Origin: a virus
Lineage: Duplodnaviria > Caudoviricetes
Length of the DNA stretch: 59,374 bases
IMG/VR virus record: IMGVR_UViG_3300042453_005928
Coordinates: 1-59,374 of that record
Reading direction: 5' to 3' (one strand)
The translations under genes and the position numbers were made by a program. Numbering within the stretch: position 1 is the stretch's first letter; each line of letters begins with the position of its first letter. The notes beneath the pieces were generated by a model. It made no database searches. It worked only from the letters and a program-made list of their open reading frames with translations, and was not told the DNA's origin. Positions 57,796-59,374 of the stretch are shown here, one piece after another.

Positions 57796-59374
57796 ATGGC
57801 TACAGATCCTAAAAAGATAACAAAAGAAGTAAGACAAAGAAGATATCTCACAAGGGATTTTGATGGGTTTAGATCTACTTTGTTAGACTATGCAAGGCAA
57901 TATTATCCTGATAGGATACAAGATTTTTCTGAGGCGTCCGTCGGTGGTTTATTCCTAGACATGGCTGCATACGTTGGAGATAATCTATCGTTTTATCTTG
58001 ATCATTTGTATGGAGAGTTAAACCCCGAAACTGCAGTAGAAACCGTCAGTCTACAAAGAGCCTTAAGAAATTCAGGAGTTGAAATAAATGGATCATCTCC
58101 TGCCACGGTCCAGGTTACTGCATACATAGAAGTGCCTACAGTTTCTCCAAATGATGATGATCCAAATTTATCACTTTTGCCAATCATCAAAGAGGGTTCA
58201 ATATTTACAAGTGATAGCGGAATACCATTTACGTTAATAGAAGATATAAGCTTTATTGTAGATCCTGATGAAGATGGAAATTATGATATTAATCCACTTG
58301 TAAAAAAGAGAATAGGTAGAAGAAGACCAAATGGTGATATCGTTAGTTATTATCTAACCCTTGATGGATTATGTGTATCTGGAAGAGAAACACAGGAAAC
58401 TTTTACGTTAGGTACATTTGTTCCTTTCAGAAGAATAATGTTATCTCAACCAAATGTTACAGAAATTGTAAGAGTGTATGATGATCTAGGCAACTCATAC
58501 TACGAGGTAGGTTCACTTTCACACGATGTTGTTTATAAGAACGTGTTAAACTCTTCTTCTGATAGCGAACTTGTAAAAGATGGGCTGAGAATAATCCCAG
58601 CACCATATAGATTTGTAAAGATCACTGATCTAGCGACTAGAAAATCTACACTAGTATTAGGTGGAGGCTCTGCAACAACTTTAGATGATGATGTAATTCC
58701 TGATCCATCTGAATTTGCACTGCCTTTGCCTTATTCAAAAACAATAAAAAGAGCTGCACTTAATCCTGAAAAGTTATTGACTACAAACACGTTAGGTGTC
58801 ACAGGAGTCGATACAAATCTAACAATTATTTATAGGTATGGTGGTGGTTTAAGCCACAATGTTGCTCCAAACTCATTGACAGGCATTACAACATTAAAAA
58901 TTGTATTTCCTCTAAATCCACCAAATTCTGACGCAGTAAAGGTTAGAAATACATTAGAAGTTGGAAATCTGAATGCAGCATCAGGTGGTGAAGATGCATT
59001 AAGCCCAAGAGAACTTATTGCACTTATACCTTCTGTGAAAAATGCACAAGAAAGAATCGTTACAAAACAAGACTTACTTGCTAGAGTTTACACTATGCCC
59101 TCTAATTTAGGAAGGGTTTTTAGAGCATCAGTTGCACCAAATCCAAATAATCCGTTATCTTCACAATTGTTCATTATATCGAGAGATAATGATCAAAGAT
59201 TGATAATGTCACCGGATAGTTTGAAGGTAAATCTAAGAAAATACTTAAATGCTTATAGAATGATATCTGATGCAATTGATATACTTGATGCACAAGTAAT
59301 TGATCTACAATTAAGATTTACTGTTGTAATTGATCCTTCGTTGAACAGAACCACTGTTTTATCAACCGTTCTAA
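57796..59374 (+). CDS. Baseplate wedge protein, T4 gp6/baseplate J-like, 3'-partial
   Basis: My translation from ATG 57796: YLNRDFDGFRSTLLDYARQYYPD..QDFSEASVGGLFLDMAAYVGDNLSFYLD ... YRYGGG ... ASGGED ... AQERIVTKQD. Open to the window end. Confidence 0.88.
   Translation, partial: MATDPKKITKEVRQRRYLTRDFDGFRSTLLDYARQYYPDRIQDFSEASVGGLFLDMAAYVGDNLSFYLDHLYGELNPETAVETVSLQRALRNSGVEINGSSPATVQVTAYIEVPTVSPNDDDPNLSLLPIIKEGSIFTSDSGIPFTLIEDISFIVDPDEDGNYDINPLVKKRIGRRRPNGDIVSYYLTLDGLCVSGRETQETFTLGTFVPFRRIMLSQPNVTEIVRVYDDLGNSYYEVGSLSHDVVYKNVLNSSSDSELVKDGLRIIPAPYRFVKITDLATRKSTLVLGGGSATTLDDDVIPDPSEFALPLPYSKTIKRAALNPEKLLTTNTLGVTGVDTNLTIIYRYGGGLSHNVAPNSLTGITTLKIVFPLNPPNSDAVKVRNTLEVGNLNAASGGEDALSPRELIALIPSVKNAQERIVTKQDLLARVYTMPSNLGRVFRASVAPNPNNPLSSQLFIISRDNDQRLIMSPDSLKVNLRKYLNAYRMISDAIDILDAQVIDLQLRFTVVIDPSLNRTTVLSTVL

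Noticed and set aside
1-59374. Alternative genetic code (stop-codon reassignment), as in some large phages
   Set aside because: Genes tile the window densely under the standard code, and TAA, TAG and TGA all end genes at sensible domain boundaries.

Overview
AT-rich, densely coding fragment of what is most likely a large myovirus-type (T4-superfamily or jumbo) bacteriophage genome using the standard genetic code. From left to right there are five blocks. (1) Replication/recombination genes on the minus strand: a single-ORF Mre11-Rad50 (SbcD-SbcC) fusion running off the left edge, a DnaG-type primase, a RuvC-like resolvase and a gp4/TnsA-like nuclease. (2) About 14 kb of large putative baseplate/tail structural genes. 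(3) An accessory block: PIN-PhoH, a stand-alone sigma region-4 protein, an Hc1-like protein, a DinG-like helicase, ClpP and a degenerate GroEL-like protein. (4) A ~22 kb plus-strand glycan island of about 25 genes: many glycosyltransferases, an NDP-rhamnose pathway with an NRS/ER-type epimerase-reductase in place of RmlC, a nonulosonic-acid module with an embedded fold-type-IV aminotransferase and SDR, methyltransferases, a deacetylase and a short UDP-glucose dehydrogenase. (5) A gp55-like sigma factor followed by baseplate genes: gp5-like hub, Pro/Gly-rich protein with a CHAP-like C-terminus, gp25, and gp6 running off the right edge. Two promoter classes are visible: sigma70-like promoters placed to give leaderless transcripts, and an AATATTTA-like putative late motif. 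I recognised no tRNA, rRNA, CRISPR array or IS element. All product calls come from reading motifs by eye, not from database searches.
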